From NCBI GenBank assembly GCA_951406725.2, contig OX597819.1:32674001-32738000 (forward strand): a DNA stretch of 64,000 bases. Reading direction: 5' to 3'. Under the pieces are notes generated by a model. It was not told where the DNA came from and ran no database searches. It saw nothing but the letters and a program-made list of their open reading frames with translations. Positions within the stretch are counted from its first letter, which is position 1; every line of letters starts with the position of its first letter. Positions 1 through 13,900 of the stretch are shown here, piece after piece. The DNA is from Octopus vulgaris. Its lineage: Eukaryota. The translations under genes were made by a program, and so were the position numbers.

Positions 1-720
1 TATAGTGTAGAACTACCCAACGGCGAGAGAATCAAAGATGTTCAGGTAGATGTATCTGGTGTTTTAGAGTATGACACAAATTATGGAGATTGAGATGAAG
101 GAAAGGTATGGCGAGATTAACTCAGGAGATTCAAATTAATTATGACGAGCAGACTCAATGGAAAGAACATAATCAGAGCAGTGAATACATGCTGCTGCAT
201 CCTTAGTGCAGTATTGTTAGATACAAAAACATCGAGCTGGAGGAAATGATACAGAAAATCCAGGAAAGAGATGACAGTGAACGGGAATGGATTGTGTGTA
301 GCAAGAAACAAGAGAGGAAGAGGTTTCATGGGCTGCAAGATCTGTGTTGCCAATGAGGAAAACAGTCTGGGATGGTACGTCAAAAAGCAGACTGAACTTT
401 TGGTTGTTGCTGTTAGAAATAGCAAGAAGATACCAAGTGAAAATGTGACACCCAAACGTATTTAATAAAGAACATGGAGAACAAAGATTGAACAACTGGA
501 ATATAAAAGCGAGGCATAGGCAATACCTCGGAGAAATAGAAGGTAAAGTTAACATCAACACTTGGCTGTGGGTACGGAAAGGTGATCTAAAAGGATGCAC
601 TGAGGCATCGACATGCTCTGCTCAGGAACAGGCACCAGGACAAATTAACTCCAATTTCCAAATAGCTGAGATCAATGAATTGCACTTGTGCAGGATGTGT
701 GGAAGCAAAAGGAAACAGAC
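1..720 (+). mobile_element. Decayed R4/Dong-type (RLE-class) non-LTR retrotransposon, RT thumb to CCHC region
   Basis: Broken frames read RRFKLIMTSRLNGKNIIRAVNT, SLGWYVKKQTELL, WNIKARHRQYL..TWLWVRKGDLKGCTEASTCSAQEQA and LCRMCG, matching the typical post-RT/zinc-finger motifs of this clade; stops and frameshifts present. Confidence 0.8.
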
Positions 721-840
721 AACTGTTGCGATACCTATGTACGCTTATGTGCTTCGAGCTCTGGACTGCGGAGTCACATTCGCAGAGAACACAGATTTTG
801 TCATCGTCGGATACCGATGGATCACCACCAACAACAACAT
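720..840 (+). mobile_element. 3' end of an RTE-clade LINE
   Basis: CCDTYVRLCASSSGLRSHIR resembles the RTE C-terminal C-x2-C...SxxGLxSH motif; followed by short 3' UTR GTCATCGTCGGATACCGATGG and an (AAC)n tail. Confidence 0.6.
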
Positions 841-1741
841 TTAGGTAGGATAAAATCCGAGCAGTATCCTTTTGAAGTACATCTGCTCAGACCAATATTA
901 TAATATGTGCGGGAGTTTATATTGGGAGGGTGGGGGTGGAATATAGACTATAAGCCCCCACATATATTGTACCACGACTCACACTGCATGCATGCATAGA
1001 TGCCCCAATAATTTAACCAAAACATAACAGAAAGAAAACGCTAACAAACCAACATTTGTATATGTGTTCCTCCCTTCAAAAACTATGCATATAGTACTAC
1101 TACATTCATTCCATTTCCACAAGAACACCAGCCTTAAAGATACATTTCTCATAAACTCTTTTCCAGAAAACTCTCAACGACTTGCAACAAAACGACCCAC
1201 CCGAGATGATGTTTTTGGACCAACAGACATAACTCTTAACTTAACCCCAGCTCGATTCTTTTCATCATCCTTTTCCCAGCAACCACAAACCGGATGTGTC
1301 TATTCATCTCCAACAACAGAGAGTGGTCATCATATTTCATTCCATAACGGCTACCTCTGGAGAGCGAAAGCTTACGTAATCGGACTGTTTGTTACCTAAC
1401 ACTCCGGCTGAACCCCTAGTGCAAAGTTTATTGGTAAGATCGGACGTAATGGCAATATAATACTCTTCACTTCGATTAATACACCCACTCTACTGGTAGA
1501 TATACGAAAGCATGTTGTTCCTGACTTATTGGACTCTTAGATGGCTTATACACACACACACACATGTATGTATGTGTGTGTGTGTGTGAGTGTGCGTGTG
1601 TGTATGTACGTGTGTGTGTATTGTGTATATGTGTGTGTTGTCTTGATGTTTGTCTGACCGTTTATATCAATGAGGAAACTAATGAATGTGCCACTCAGCA
1701 TATTTTGTTGGAGTTATATGTATTTAATTAATTTGACTCAG

Positions 1742-1800
1742 CTCCACATTACTTAAAGTTTCGTGAAGTATAATTTGCTCACATCATCAGATATTCGGAG
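1742..1800 (-). ncRNA. Type I hammerhead ribozyme in PLE pLTR
   Basis: Minus strand: CTCC-ga-ATAT [CTGATGA] t GTGAG..TTCAC [GAAA] CT tta AGT-A^ ATGT-GGAG; stems I, II and III pair and the triplet is GUA. Confidence 0.75.
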
Positions 1801-2890
1801 TGAGAAAGAAGAGAATTTAAAAGAAATTTCAAATTATTTCCTGCTGAGTTTATTTAAGCCTGCATTGGTCAGTTCAGGTGACGAGGTGGACTTAGCTCTC
1901 TTAGCGACATCATTTCTTTCATTGGAATCCCGTATAGTAAAGCAGACTGTATGCTGACGTCAGTTGGTCCGCATTATGCTGGGTATAAATATCTTAATGA
2001 CATCAGTTCTTACCTAAAAAGTATGGATGCTGTTTACGTCATTTAGGCGGCATTTTCTAAATCGTAGCATTTCAAAGACATTTTGCCTCATAGGAAAGTA
2101 ACTGATTCGATGGTGTCAAGTTACTTATGAACTTGCGTGGTCTGCATGAGTGATAGTGGGCTACAATCGGTACGGCTTTTGTGCGTTGGCCGCTAAACAT
2201 ATGCTGGTATATCCGCGTTATCAGTGACAGACAGCGAAAAACAATAGGATGGCTCACTTTTCGTATTGATGGTTACGACGATCTGATATAATACGTTACA
2301 TACTCTGTGATAAACTGTACGCACTTTATGCACATTTTCTCATGGGAGCAAATTTGCGATTTCGAAATCCAGGTGACTAAAGAGAGATTCTGTGAAAGAT
2401 GTTCCATGAGATGCTGAGGAAGACAACTTGATGGTCGCGGAATAAAATTTTTCAAGGAGGTAGAATTTTCTTTGTCGTTACACTAGAAGTAATGAATGTT
2501 TTACTTGTATTTTCCCTTATAATATTCTCTATCGTGTCCATGTCGTGTCTCATGATGCCATCCGTTGGCGTGAAGGTGGCCGTGTAGTCTAGAACCTTTG
2601 AAAAGTAGGATCCTTTTAATGGGCACTTGGCATGTTTTCGGGAGTTACAGGTTGGAGAGAGATGACAACTGTTCGAGTCTGTTTGCTTCTATTGTAGCGT
2701 GTAATATTGGAAGCAATATTATCTCAACATGTGTAGCTAACCATGACGCTATGGGAATTAAAGAGCTTGTGATATCTATGGGTTCTTTGGAAATGCTTTT
2801 TTAATTAGTGTCAGAAAGCTTCTAACATTATTAATGGAAACATCTAGATTGAATGGAAGATAAAAGCAGGTTATCTTTCACTTCTAATTC
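1742..2890 (-). mobile_element. Decayed Penelope-like element, 3' part (linker, GIY-YIG endonuclease, pLTR)
   Basis: Minus strand reads KITCFYLPFNLDVS...LIKKHFQRTHRYHKLFNSHSVMVSYTC (PLE linker, cf. WFNPPF..KHFP..KLFN..VKVSYSC) and ICSHEKMCIK..ITEYVTYYIRSS (CPL..CL..YIG-like); ends in an HHR-bearing terminus. Confidence 0.75.
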
Positions 2891-3199
2891 CCTGTAGGTG
2901 TGAGAGTAGGGCGGAGATCCTATCTATACGCTAAAATTCAGCTACTCCCCCTTTGTACCTCGTTATTGAGGGGTTCGGCACTGTTGAAGATCTCAACGTT
3001 CGCCCATAGATACGAGATTCTTCCGCTAAAACCTGTGATTAGATTTCTAATTACGCCACGGGTGGGACTGGAGTGTCTATTTGTCGATGAATAGTTTCCT
3101 TTCTGTTGTAGCACATACTTATATACATACCTATGCAGTTGTATACTCACATATATACACATACGTACATACAAATACCTATCCACATATATATATGCA

Positions 3200-3264
<65 letters not shown>

Positions 3265-3896
3265 TATATGTATATATATACTCACTCTCTCTCTCTCTCT
3301 CATTGTATAATTTCAGTGGAAGGTCATTATGACTTATCCAAGTGACGTTTTATGTGGTCAGTCCATCTGCGAGAAACAGTTCACTTCAAACACCACTGTC
3401 TCAAAAAGATAAAGAAAAAACACTACATAATATAATCCTATACGCGAGAAAAAAACCCCGGATGATTACGGATGGAATGTCTGATCATAAGTATGCTTAG
3501 CAAAGTTAAATTCTGTCAAACAGCAATAGCAACAGCAAAATAATTTTTTCATAAAAAACAATGTATCAAATTCTTATCGATCCGAATGCGTTGTATTTTT
3601 GCTGTTAACTTTGTACAGCTGCAGCGCGACTCTGATTAGGGAGCTTTCGATGAAAAGTATTTTAGTCATGACCGCCCAATTGTTTATGTATATGCAGAAC
3701 AAGAACTGTAACATTTCCTTTCCTGAAGCAGTAGTGTGTTATCTGAGACAAATTGAACAGCTTTTTCTCGCAGGTAAAGTTAGCATTTAGAGTCTCCTTT
3801 AGTGTTGATCATTTACATAAAACAGTGATGTCATATCCGTACTTCACATGAATTCATTGGTGGCGGAAAAGTCAATGTTTAAATGATAAGTCTTTT

Positions 3897-4270
3897 GGCG
3901 GTGAGCTAGCAGAATCCTTTACAATGTCGTAAAAAAAAAAACTGCTTTGCGGTAATTGTCCTGGATTCAAATCCAAACTGCTTGGATGCTGTCGATACTC
4001 CTTCCCTTTGTGACTGCTTGCCTTGTGTCTAACTTATTAACAACTTTCTAGGGGAGCTAACCGTCAGAAACGTTAGAGCGCCGGAAAAAAATGGTGAGCA
4101 GTATTTGTTTTCACTGCTTCCATTTTGAATGGAAATCTCTTCAAGGTGAATCTCTCCTTTCATCCATCTGGGATCAATAAAATAAAGTACCAATAAAGTA
4201 CTGGAGTCAATGGTATCGACTAATATAACACCCTATCATTTTAAGACTACTGGCATTGTGCCTAAATCAA
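3897..4270 (+). mobile_element. Two degraded SINE family A copies
   Basis: GGCGGTGAGCTAGCAGAATC head and TTTCATCC..GATCAATAAAATAAAGTACC core, shared with many copies in the window. Confidence 0.65.
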
Positions 4271-5368
4271 AATCAATTATTTTATTTAATCGTGTTATTA
4301 AGTATCATTTATTCATGTAACCATGTTAGAAACGATTATTTCATCTCACCACGTGTTTTATTTTAATATTAATGAAGCAAGGGCCGTGACTGAGTATCAT
4401 GTCACCAAGGTTAACGACCGACATTTTAAAGGGGGAAAATATCGATTTTTATATTTGGGTAGAAAGTTTCAAGCAGTGAGAAATTGGAAAGTGTCACATT
4501 CATGTTTATATAAACAGCGATAATGGAGTAAATTAATTGCAATAGGCACAAGAGAGAATGATAAACAAAGTGTGAAAGTACTCTAGGTTGGAATCATACC
4601 TTTACTCTCCAACTGAAATTAATATTGCTCTGCAACTTTTAACGTATCAAAAAAGACAATAAAGAGGAAATTAGAAAAATACACACAAAACATGTTTGAT
4701 TTTTCATTTTTACTAAAACAAGCTTAATGGATCCTATGCCATTTCTGTCTTCCACTAATATAACATAATAGCCACGAGGGAAATACCCAGGGACGCCTGC
4801 TACTTGCAAAACCAACAGTTAAGTGGGTGTTGGCCTGTTTAATGTTGTGAGCGAAAAAAAAGATTCTAATAATCTGAAAATGACATCCTTTAATGAACAG
4901 AAGCTAAGGCCCTAAGTATTTATTAACGGCTGGTGATACAATGAAAAATATTCACTCTCCCTGTTCAATGCAGCAGGAAAGAAATCTAGCTTGATTTTAA
5001 AATGGCGGCCATACGAGACGATGTTTGAAACCCACAACCGCTACTACTAGAATTTGCATCCAAATCACACACAATAGTTAGAATGAAAGGACATATTCAA
5101 AATGTGGTTCATGATAAATATTCCGAATTCAGAGATATTTTTCGCAGCGTAGTTGGGATCATTGAAAGAAAGTAAGGAACTACAGAACTGTATGTCTGTC
5201 TCTTCTGTCAAGGTTGATCTCAAGCCTAACAACAACGACGGCAACAACAACAGCAACACTAGCAACATCAACAACACTATAATAGCAATAACAACAACAT
5301 CGCTTTCAAAAAGCTATCTATAACACAAAATACAATCGATAGATTGTTGATAGATCTCTCTCTCTCTG

Positions 5369-5453
<85 letters not shown>

Positions 5454-5664
5454 ATACCTGTATGCATGTATAAATGTATATTAAATGGTAGTTGCTATGT
5501 TTGAAACTCTCACATTGACTTTTTGCTGCAAAATGCACCCATGTTTATATCGCCAGCGGGGAGATAAATTCCCGCCACATCTGGCATCGAGAACGCCAGG
5601 TCATGTGATTTCAGCTTTGCTGGGTCTTGTCAACGATGGACACTCGACCGCTAATGACACTTCA

Positions 5665-5717
<53 letters not shown>

Positions 5718-6378
5718 TTTCTCTCTCTCTCACCGCAAAATTGACAAAGACAGATCAGCCACTGGTGTCGCGATTAGCCAGTTGGCTTATTACAAACCAG
5801 TTTCCTTGTTAAAAAATTTGCCAGAAAATATATTACAAATATTATCATTTACTTATAGCAGTCATTGAACTATATCCATGGTGGACCATTGGAATAAAGG
5901 GTTTTAGTTGGACAAATCAATTCCAGAACTTAAGATTTTTTATTTGTTTCTTTGGTTTTTTTTTTGCAGAATCGTAATTAGTCTATTGGGCCTTTTTATC
6001 AGACCGCTCAAATATGGGGACGTAAACAAACCACTACCGGTTGTCAAGCGACAAGGAAGAGATAACAAACGTAGACACAAAGATACACACTGACACTCAC
6101 TCACACAGACACACAGACATACACATATATAAATATATAAATACTTACACACACAAACACACCAAATACACACATATACACATATAAATATTGAGACATA
6201 CGCATACACTAGCACACAAACACACACACACAGACGCACGCACACATATATACGAATGCATATATGTATATAATCCCTGTATAACTATATCAATGAAACG
6301 ATCGGATGTTATACATATACTTACTACAATGCCCGTCTTCATATTGTTGTTGTTATTGATTGATGCCAGCCTGCTGTT

Positions 6379-6480
6379 CACGATCGTTCAGTCACGAGTT
6401 CAATTCCCGGACTGAGCGGCGCGTGTTCTTGAGCAAAACACTGTATTTCACGTTGTTCCAGTCCACTCAACCGTAAATGC
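6379..6480 (+). mobile_element. tRNA-derived SINE head fragment (inverted partner of 7633-7734)
   Basis: B-box-like GAGTTCAATTCCC followed by TGTTCTTGAGCAAAACACT and CCAGTCCACTCA. Confidence 0.65.
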
Positions 6481-7145
6481 TGACCAATAACATGACCAGT
6501 ACTATTTCGAAGATTTCTCGATCAAATGTACGATGGGTTGGCCAACGTACTCCCCGAACGGGACGCCTATTCCTCGCAGTGTTGCCCATTTACATGTGGC
6601 TGGATTGGGACAATGGGAAAGGAAGTATTTTGCTCAAGAACATAACGCATCGTCATTCTAGAAACTGAATCCACTTAGTTGCAAAGCGAGCTTCTTAACC
6701 ATGTAACCATGGCTGCACACAGACACACACACGTACACACACACACACTCACTCATACACACACACACACACTTACTCATACACACACACATACACACAC
6801 ACTCACACACACACTCACTCACACACACACATACACGCATTCACACGCAAACACACACACACGCTCGAGAGCACACACACTCACGCACGCACACACACAC
6901 ACGCGCACACAAACACGCACGGACATAGAGATATATAAGGAGTGAGAAAGAAAGAAAGAAAGAATAAAGGAAAGGAAGAAAATAGGAAAGAAAAAGAGAA
7001 AGACTGAAGTGATGTGCATTTGTCATATATTAAGAAAGAGGAAGTATTCAGAATTTTGCATAATTATTCATTTAGCGCTTTCATCTCATTTCGGAGAATC
7101 CTCGGTTTTGATGATATATATATGTATACATACACACACACACAC

Positions 7146-7202
<57 letters not shown>

Positions 7203-7203
7203 A

Positions 7204-7252
<49 letters not shown>

Positions 7253-7632
7253 GTATGTATGCATGTGGATTTGTGTGTGTGAAATGTCGAAAGGTTTCAA
7301 TGTTACTCATCACCTCGTATCTTATCCTCATTACGTATATTAAGAAAGATGTGTATGGAGCTATGAGTTCATTGCGCAGCTCACCTAGTTTTAGATTGGT
7401 ACTAACCTTAGACAAAACCATCAAGATCGTTGCATGACCGTCTAGAAACAATAGCCAAAGCTTGTTCAAATCACGCCAGTTAATCTTTAAAAAGTAAGGA
7501 TAAAACACGGTACTGCCCTGACTATCGGATGTTGTTATGCATCGCTGGTCACGATGCGCTTCGCATTGTTTTTAGATTTCGAATGATGTCACCCCGACCC
7601 CTGATAAGAAAGTTATTCTGTCACAGGGTGAC

Positions 7633-7760
7633 GCATTTACGGCTGAGTGGACTGGAACAACGTGAAATGAAGTGTTTGGTTCAAGAACACGCGCCGCTCA
7701 GTCCAGGAATCGAACTCGTGACTTAGTGATCGTGATTGCAATTTCCTAAACACTAGGCGT
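7633..7760 (-). mobile_element. tRNA-derived SINE head fragment ending in a 19-bp perfect hairpin (7740-7780)
   Basis: Reverse complement has GGCCTAGTGTTTAGG A-box-like and GAGTTCGATTCC B-box; about 90% identical to 6379-6480. Confidence 0.65.
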
Positions 7761-8109
7761 GGCCTAGTGTTTAGGAAATTCATTAATGATCCTAAAAGTA
7801 TATTATCTATAACTGAAAGAAAGCTGGATGGTCAAAGCTGGAATGCGTTTGATCATAGCTTAATCGGGGTTGAATAAGACGATGAACAACAGGAAAAATA
7901 CAACAACAACAAGAATAATCTGACCAGTACTATTTCGAAGATTTCTCGATAAAATGTACTTAAGTGGATAATTGTTACCTGATTTCAAAGATGTTCACTT
8001 AAGTTGACGTAGAATGTAGTTGAGCTTAGAATCACTTTTCCAAAAATAAGTACTGTAATATATTTAGTGTAGTGTTTTACAAACACATATATCTTCAAAG
8101 CCGCCAGTG

Positions 8110-8555
8110 TAGTCTTTGGAGCAGAGATAAGCGCTAGATGAACAAATTTCATACTCAAAATTGAGCTTGCGGTCAACATAGAACAAAGTGAGCGTGGGGT
8201 GAACATGGAACGAGAGATGAGATCCCGGTGAACAAAATTCATACGCAGTTCTCTTGATTCTTTTGTAGAAGCCATTTCTAATGGATGCAAATCTCTTTTA
8301 AAATGAGGTAAATATTTATCTCATTTATCTGTCTCCATAACCGTCTTTGGGGAAGATGTAAGCGGAAGGTGACCAAATTTCATACTCAAAATTGGAGCTT
8401 ACTGTGGCCTCGAAAAAAATAGGGGAGCGCGAAGTGAACATGGATGCAAAGATGAGCTCACGCTGAATAAAATTCAACACAGTTCTTTTGATTTCTGGTT
8501 GGAGCTATTTATATTGGATACAAATCACTATTAAAATGAAGTGACTATTTTATAT
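8110..8555. repeat. Diverged tandem duplication, period about 232 bp
   Basis: CAAATTTCATACTCAAAATTG at about 8143 and 8375; GTGAACATGGA, CAGTTCT..TGATT and TTAAAATGA recur in both units. Confidence 0.75.
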
Positions 8556-9187
8556 TCATTTAACCAAAAATAAAGAAAAAAAAACTAATGCCTTCGTGTT
8601 TGATCTTATATAGGAACATATATAACAATATCGTAAAAAGGTATACCTAATTAAAATACATACCTATTGACAATTTGTGATGTTGTGTTTGAAATGAAAT
8701 CATATGAACCAACACCAAATATTTTTGTTGCGTTGTATTACTCGGGAAATACACAAATATTTGTACACAAGGTGAACAAAAACAATCCATATAAAAGAAT
8801 GTGCAGAGTATGAATTGGCACTAATCTGTTTGAACGATAGATGGGAGGTAGTAAACTCACTTAGAAAATAATAAAAAGTACAGAAAATGAAGAGAAATAA
8901 CAATAGAAAAGAAAAAGATATAAAGATATGCTTTAACATTTCCGATGTTAACAGAAAGGCCATATCTCTGGTGCCAATCTCTTGTCATAGATATTCTCAG
9001 CAAAATCGATGCACCCACACAACATGAAAGCTTTTTTCTAATCTAATTAGGCAAAATGCGAAGATATTTTCCGCTAAAAATAAATACATTTCCAACAAAC
9101 GTTCACTGAATCCATCATTACAGCCACACAAACACCTAAGCAACCATTCAATTATTCATGTTTAGATTCATGCAAGTATGTGCGTAC

Positions 9188-9266
<79 letters not shown>

Positions 9267-9777
9267 TGTGTGTGTGTTTGTGTGTGTATAGGTATGAATG
9301 TATGTATAAACTTACACAACGTAAACATATATGCACACATTTAGAGGGAGAAAAAGACAAAGAGAGAGACAAGAGAAAGATAGAGATAGATAGAGAGAGA
9401 GAGAGAGAGAGTGAGAGAGAGCAAGCAAGCAAGAAAGAAAGAAAACATGAATGAAAGACAGAAAGAAAGAAAGAAAAAGCAAGAAAGAAGCAATTATATA
9501 AATTTACATATAGTAATACGTAAATGCATTTAGCACACAAACACTTGCGCATACATCGTCATATTTAGACAAACACTTACGGTAGTTACACACTTGTACG
9601 GCCATATATTTATGTATGGCGAAAGCCCGGTTCTTATTCTGTTCAAATTAATAATTGAAATATATATTGATTCTTTATTTTCTTCACATAACCACTTGGT
9701 TATATAACTGAGAATTGGGAAGTTGTAAAAATATATGCTTTCATAGTTCATGGAGAACGTATATGAAATGATTACTG

Positions 9778-9783
9778 CATATA

Positions 9784-9814
<31 letters not shown>

Positions 9815-9902
9815 GTAGGTCCCGGGTTGATTCGGGGTTAACCACAGTAAGTAAGGTACTCAATACATAGCAGAGTAAAATTAATTTATTATATATAATA
9901 AA

Positions 9903-9960
<58 letters not shown>

Positions 9961-10098
9961 CTGTGTGTGTGTGTGTGAGTGTGTGTGTGTTTGTGCGTGT
10001 ATGTATGTGTATGTGTGTGTATGTATGCATATAAGCGTGCATGTATATATGTATATATATAAATATATATATATGTATATGTGTGTGTACATGCATAT

Positions 10099-10165
<67 letters not shown>

Positions 10166-10332
10166 TATATATATATATATATATGTATATGTGTGTGTAC
10201 ATGCATATATACAAACATACATATATATATATATATATGTAGGTATGAATATGTATATATGTATGTGTATGTGTTCATGTATGTATATAAGTATATGTAT
10301 ATATATGTGCGTGCATACTTATACATACATAT

Positions 10333-10376
<44 letters not shown>

Positions 10377-10385
10377 TATTACTAT
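9778..10385. repeat. Compound (TA)n/(TG)n/(CAT)n microsatellite field
   Basis: Directly visible; explains the YI/CV/HT ORFs. Confidence 0.95.
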
Positions 10386-10897
10386 TCTTTTGAACTGATT
10401 AGCACAATAACTCTCTTAACAAAACATATCTATCGATAATTACAAGTCCCTAATCTCATTAAGGCTCCATTTCACCATACTCCCTTTTGAGTAAGTAATA
10501 TAATCTTTCTTGCGATGAACATCAGCATCTTTCGACAGTTCATTACAGTGTGTATATATTCTCCCATTAACAAGCAGCCTCCATTTATCTTCCAACACAA
10601 AATTAACCACTCTAATACAGATTACAGATACTTCAAACTACTGCTTTCTTCTCACAAAAGACCCTACGCAAACAGCGAACAAAGATTTACATTCCACGAG
10701 TACCAGACAAAAGGAAATAAATAAAAATATAATAAAATAATATTATATGATTGGATATGTGAGATTTTGAAAGGGAGGAAGCCCCCAAGGGAATTGCGTA
10801 GTGGTGTAAGTTCGTCTTATAACTACGTACTTTCTATGTTGATTCCTATCTCAGCGAATCGCAGTCTACTGCTTAGTAATACTACGCCGAGACGAAA

Positions 10898-11332
10898 GGC
10901 AGCGAGCAGGCAGAATCGTTAGCATGTCAGACGTTATACTTAGCGGCATTTCGTCCATTTTCATGTTCCGCCGAGGTCGAGTTTGCCTTTCTTCCCCTCC
11001 CTCCCTCCCGGTTCGGTTGAACACGGGGGTCGATGTAATCGACTTACACATTCCCACGAAATTCCTGGCCTTGTGCCAAAATTTGAAATCAATATTACTT
11101 CCGGGCGACCTAAGGTGGATAGGCTGACAGAATGGTTAGCACGCCGGGCAAAATGCTTAACGGCATTTCGCCTGTCTTTACGTCCTCCGTTCAAATTCCA
11201 CCGAGGTCGACTTTACCTGTCATCCAATCGGGATCGATGAAATAAGCACCAGTCGTACGCTAGGGGGTCAATGAAATCCACTTACACTATACCCCGAAAT
11301 TTGTGGCTTTCTGTCAAAATTTGGAACCAATA
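10898..11332 (+). mobile_element. Tandem pair of SINE family A
   Basis: GGCAGAATCGTTAGC..CGCCGAGGTCGA.TTTGCCTTTC..GGGGTCGATGTAATCGAC occurs twice. Confidence 0.85.
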
Positions 11333-11785
11333 TTTCGGGACGATCGAAACCCTGCAAGGGAAAGTTTGTAGAAGCAAACAGGGTCGAAGTTAATCTTGGT
11401 AAAAGTCCTTGTTTTTAGTTGACAGTCGTTATCTATCACATATTCAACACTATGGCTTTAGGTGCTCTGCTCGGTTGATTTTAAGCGATGTCCACTCTGT
11501 AGCAAAAAATCGGGTCAGATGTCCTATCTGAGTAAAACTTGCTTCCTTATTCCCCTAAATTCTAAGCTGTTCAGAAAGGGCCGTGAGTTCAGCATCTAAA
11601 TTACTACAAAAGAAAAAAAAAAGGTAACATAGTCCACGATCCCGTTCTAATTTCCGCCTGTTTTTATTTCCAGTTTATTGTAACATTTAGTGAAATCGAA
11701 TTGTGATCATATTTTCTGTTATCTGTCCAGAAGTCGTTCGGCTTGAAGTGAATAAAAACGAAATTAACACACGATGAATATTTGC

Positions 11786-11843
<58 letters not shown>

Positions 11844-12088
11844 GTCTGTCTGTTTGTCTGTTTGTCTATCTGTCTGTCTCTCACTCACTCACTCACTCAC
11901 TCTCTCTCTCTCTCACTATATATATATATATATATATATATACATCTGTATGTACGTGTATATATATGAACGTATAAGTATATATTTATTCATCTCTATA
12001 TATTTATGTCTGTGTGTGTATCATATTAATACATACATATACATGCATGTGCGCACGTGTGCATGTACTTGTATATATATTTGTATAT

Positions 12089-12184
12089 TATTATGTTCTC
12101 AGGCTATTTGCTTCATGCGCGCATAATATATATATATGTGTATATATATTATACACGTAGGAAGCAAATAGCCTGAGAACAAAA
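12089..12184. repeat. Fold-back inverted repeat centred on a TA tract
   Basis: TGTTCTCAGGCTATTTGCTTC ... GAAGCAAATAGCCTGAGAACA. Confidence 0.85.
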
Positions 12185-12831
12185 CATGATGATCTGTGAC
12201 GTTCTGATGTTCGCTGTTGATTGAACATTTACTAAAAACACTAAATAATCGATAGTAATTTAAATAAATGATCAGAGTAGAATTTCGTGCATAGACTTTG
12301 CTATGATAAGAATGTAAGGTCTCTTAAGAATTGCCGTTATTATTTAGCCCCAGGCTAGCCCTGATCCATGTGATCTAAGATCAAAAACATTCCAAGTTAT
12401 GATGAAGGCATTATTTGTATATCTGAGAATAGATGTGAGCAAACTTTTTTGGGGGCTTTTTTTTAGGATGGTACAATGTGGTTTGATGAATTTGGTTGCT
12501 ATTTCTAGCAAACCGAAATATCCTACAGAACTCTCTGGGGAATGTTCATAATGTTTATTCATATTCATTGTACAATATTGTTATTGTGTGTAGGGCTAGG
12601 GAAGTACCAGAGGAATGGCGCCCCTCTCTGTTTTCTTGTAGATTAATGTATGTGTGTCTGCTTATCATTTAGATTTATACAGCACATACATAGTTTTCCG
12701 ACGTATAAAACCAAATCCATCCCCACGGTACGCGCTTACGCTCCCCAATATGGATGCGAAAACACAGTCATATATATTCAAACACACCAATACTCATACA
12801 TACATACATACATACATACATACATACATAC

Positions 12832-12862
<31 letters not shown>

Positions 12863-12951
12863 CATACATACATACATACATACATACATACATACATGCA
12901 TACATACATAAATACATAAACATACACAAACATGCCTGCATACATAATACA

Positions 12952-12982
<31 letters not shown>

Positions 12983-12994
12983 CACGTGACCACG

Positions 12995-13110
12995 TGATAT
13001 ATCAAGTGACCCACCAGACCATCAAATGTTCTTACACATCGCTGGTCACAATGCGTTCGCATTGTTTTAGCCTTTGAATAACGCCACCCCACTGGCTAAG
13101 CGAGCAGGCC
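12995..13110 (+). mobile_element. Short interspersed repeat embedded in microsatellites (related copies 7525-7595 and 35735-35862)
   Basis: Shared CATCGCTGGTCACAATGCG(C)TTCGCATTGTTTTAG motif. Confidence 0.75.
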
Positions 13111-13245
13111 ATACATACATACATATATATATATATATATGGTTATCAGTAACAATATAGGGTGAAATTAATTAATTTGGAATAATTATTAATTATTAAT
13201 TATTAATTATTAATTTTTATTTTTTGGGAATATAATTATTCCAAA

Positions 13246-13305
<60 letters not shown>

Positions 13306-13344
13306 ACATACGAAATAACTAATAAACAAAAAAGTCAGTAAAGC

Positions 13345-13900
13345 CCTTGGAGCTCCAAGATGCAACCGAAAACGTAGATTATGTCGTATTTCTATGATTA
13401 ACATGATTAACAGCTGCCCAAAATGTCATGGTACAACTCTGCAAAGCGACACGACGTTGTCGGACAAAAACATCTATAATGCAATTGGAGAAAAAGGGAA
13501 ATTCTGGAATAGATATAATGATTCCCTTCTTATTGAATTTATACACAAACATCAACACAAGGAATACTGGTAGAGCATTCCCATCAAAACCTCTGTCAAG
13601 TGTAAGCATAAGAGTCCGGATATTGTTGTTTGGGACTGACAAGAAAAAAGTATGTACCACCATAGAGGTCACCTGACCCGCTAAAGTGAATCTCTCCTTG
13701 AAAATCAAAGGGAGAGAGGACAACTATGAACAACTGCTTCAAAACCTCCAGCTTCTTTATTCATATTATATATTTCCATTAATACCAGATGTCTTGCAAA
13801 CAACTTGCACATGCAAGTGCTACCAGTCAAAAACTCCGCATACCGGAAGTCAGCAAGTGTATGGCGTCATCAGGAGAGAATGCACGCCGTTTCAGGGCCT
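13345..13900 (+). mobile_element. Decayed R4/Dong-type LINE, CCHC plus restriction-like endonuclease region
   Basis: INSCPKMS, EYW*SIPIKTSVKCKHKSPDIVVWD, CTTIEVT*P, KIKGREDNYEQLLQNLQLLY (PD-x-E..K-x2-Y RLE pattern). Confidence 0.75.

Noticed and set aside
1090-1540. Possible Tx1/L1 C-terminal remnant on the minus strand
   Set aside because: Only vague similarity (RVGRFVASR); not supportable by eye.
7985-8290. MNFVHRDL resembling a tyrosine-kinase catalytic loop
   Set aside because: No AARN/DFG follows; it lies in a diverged tandem repeat whose second unit does not keep the motif.
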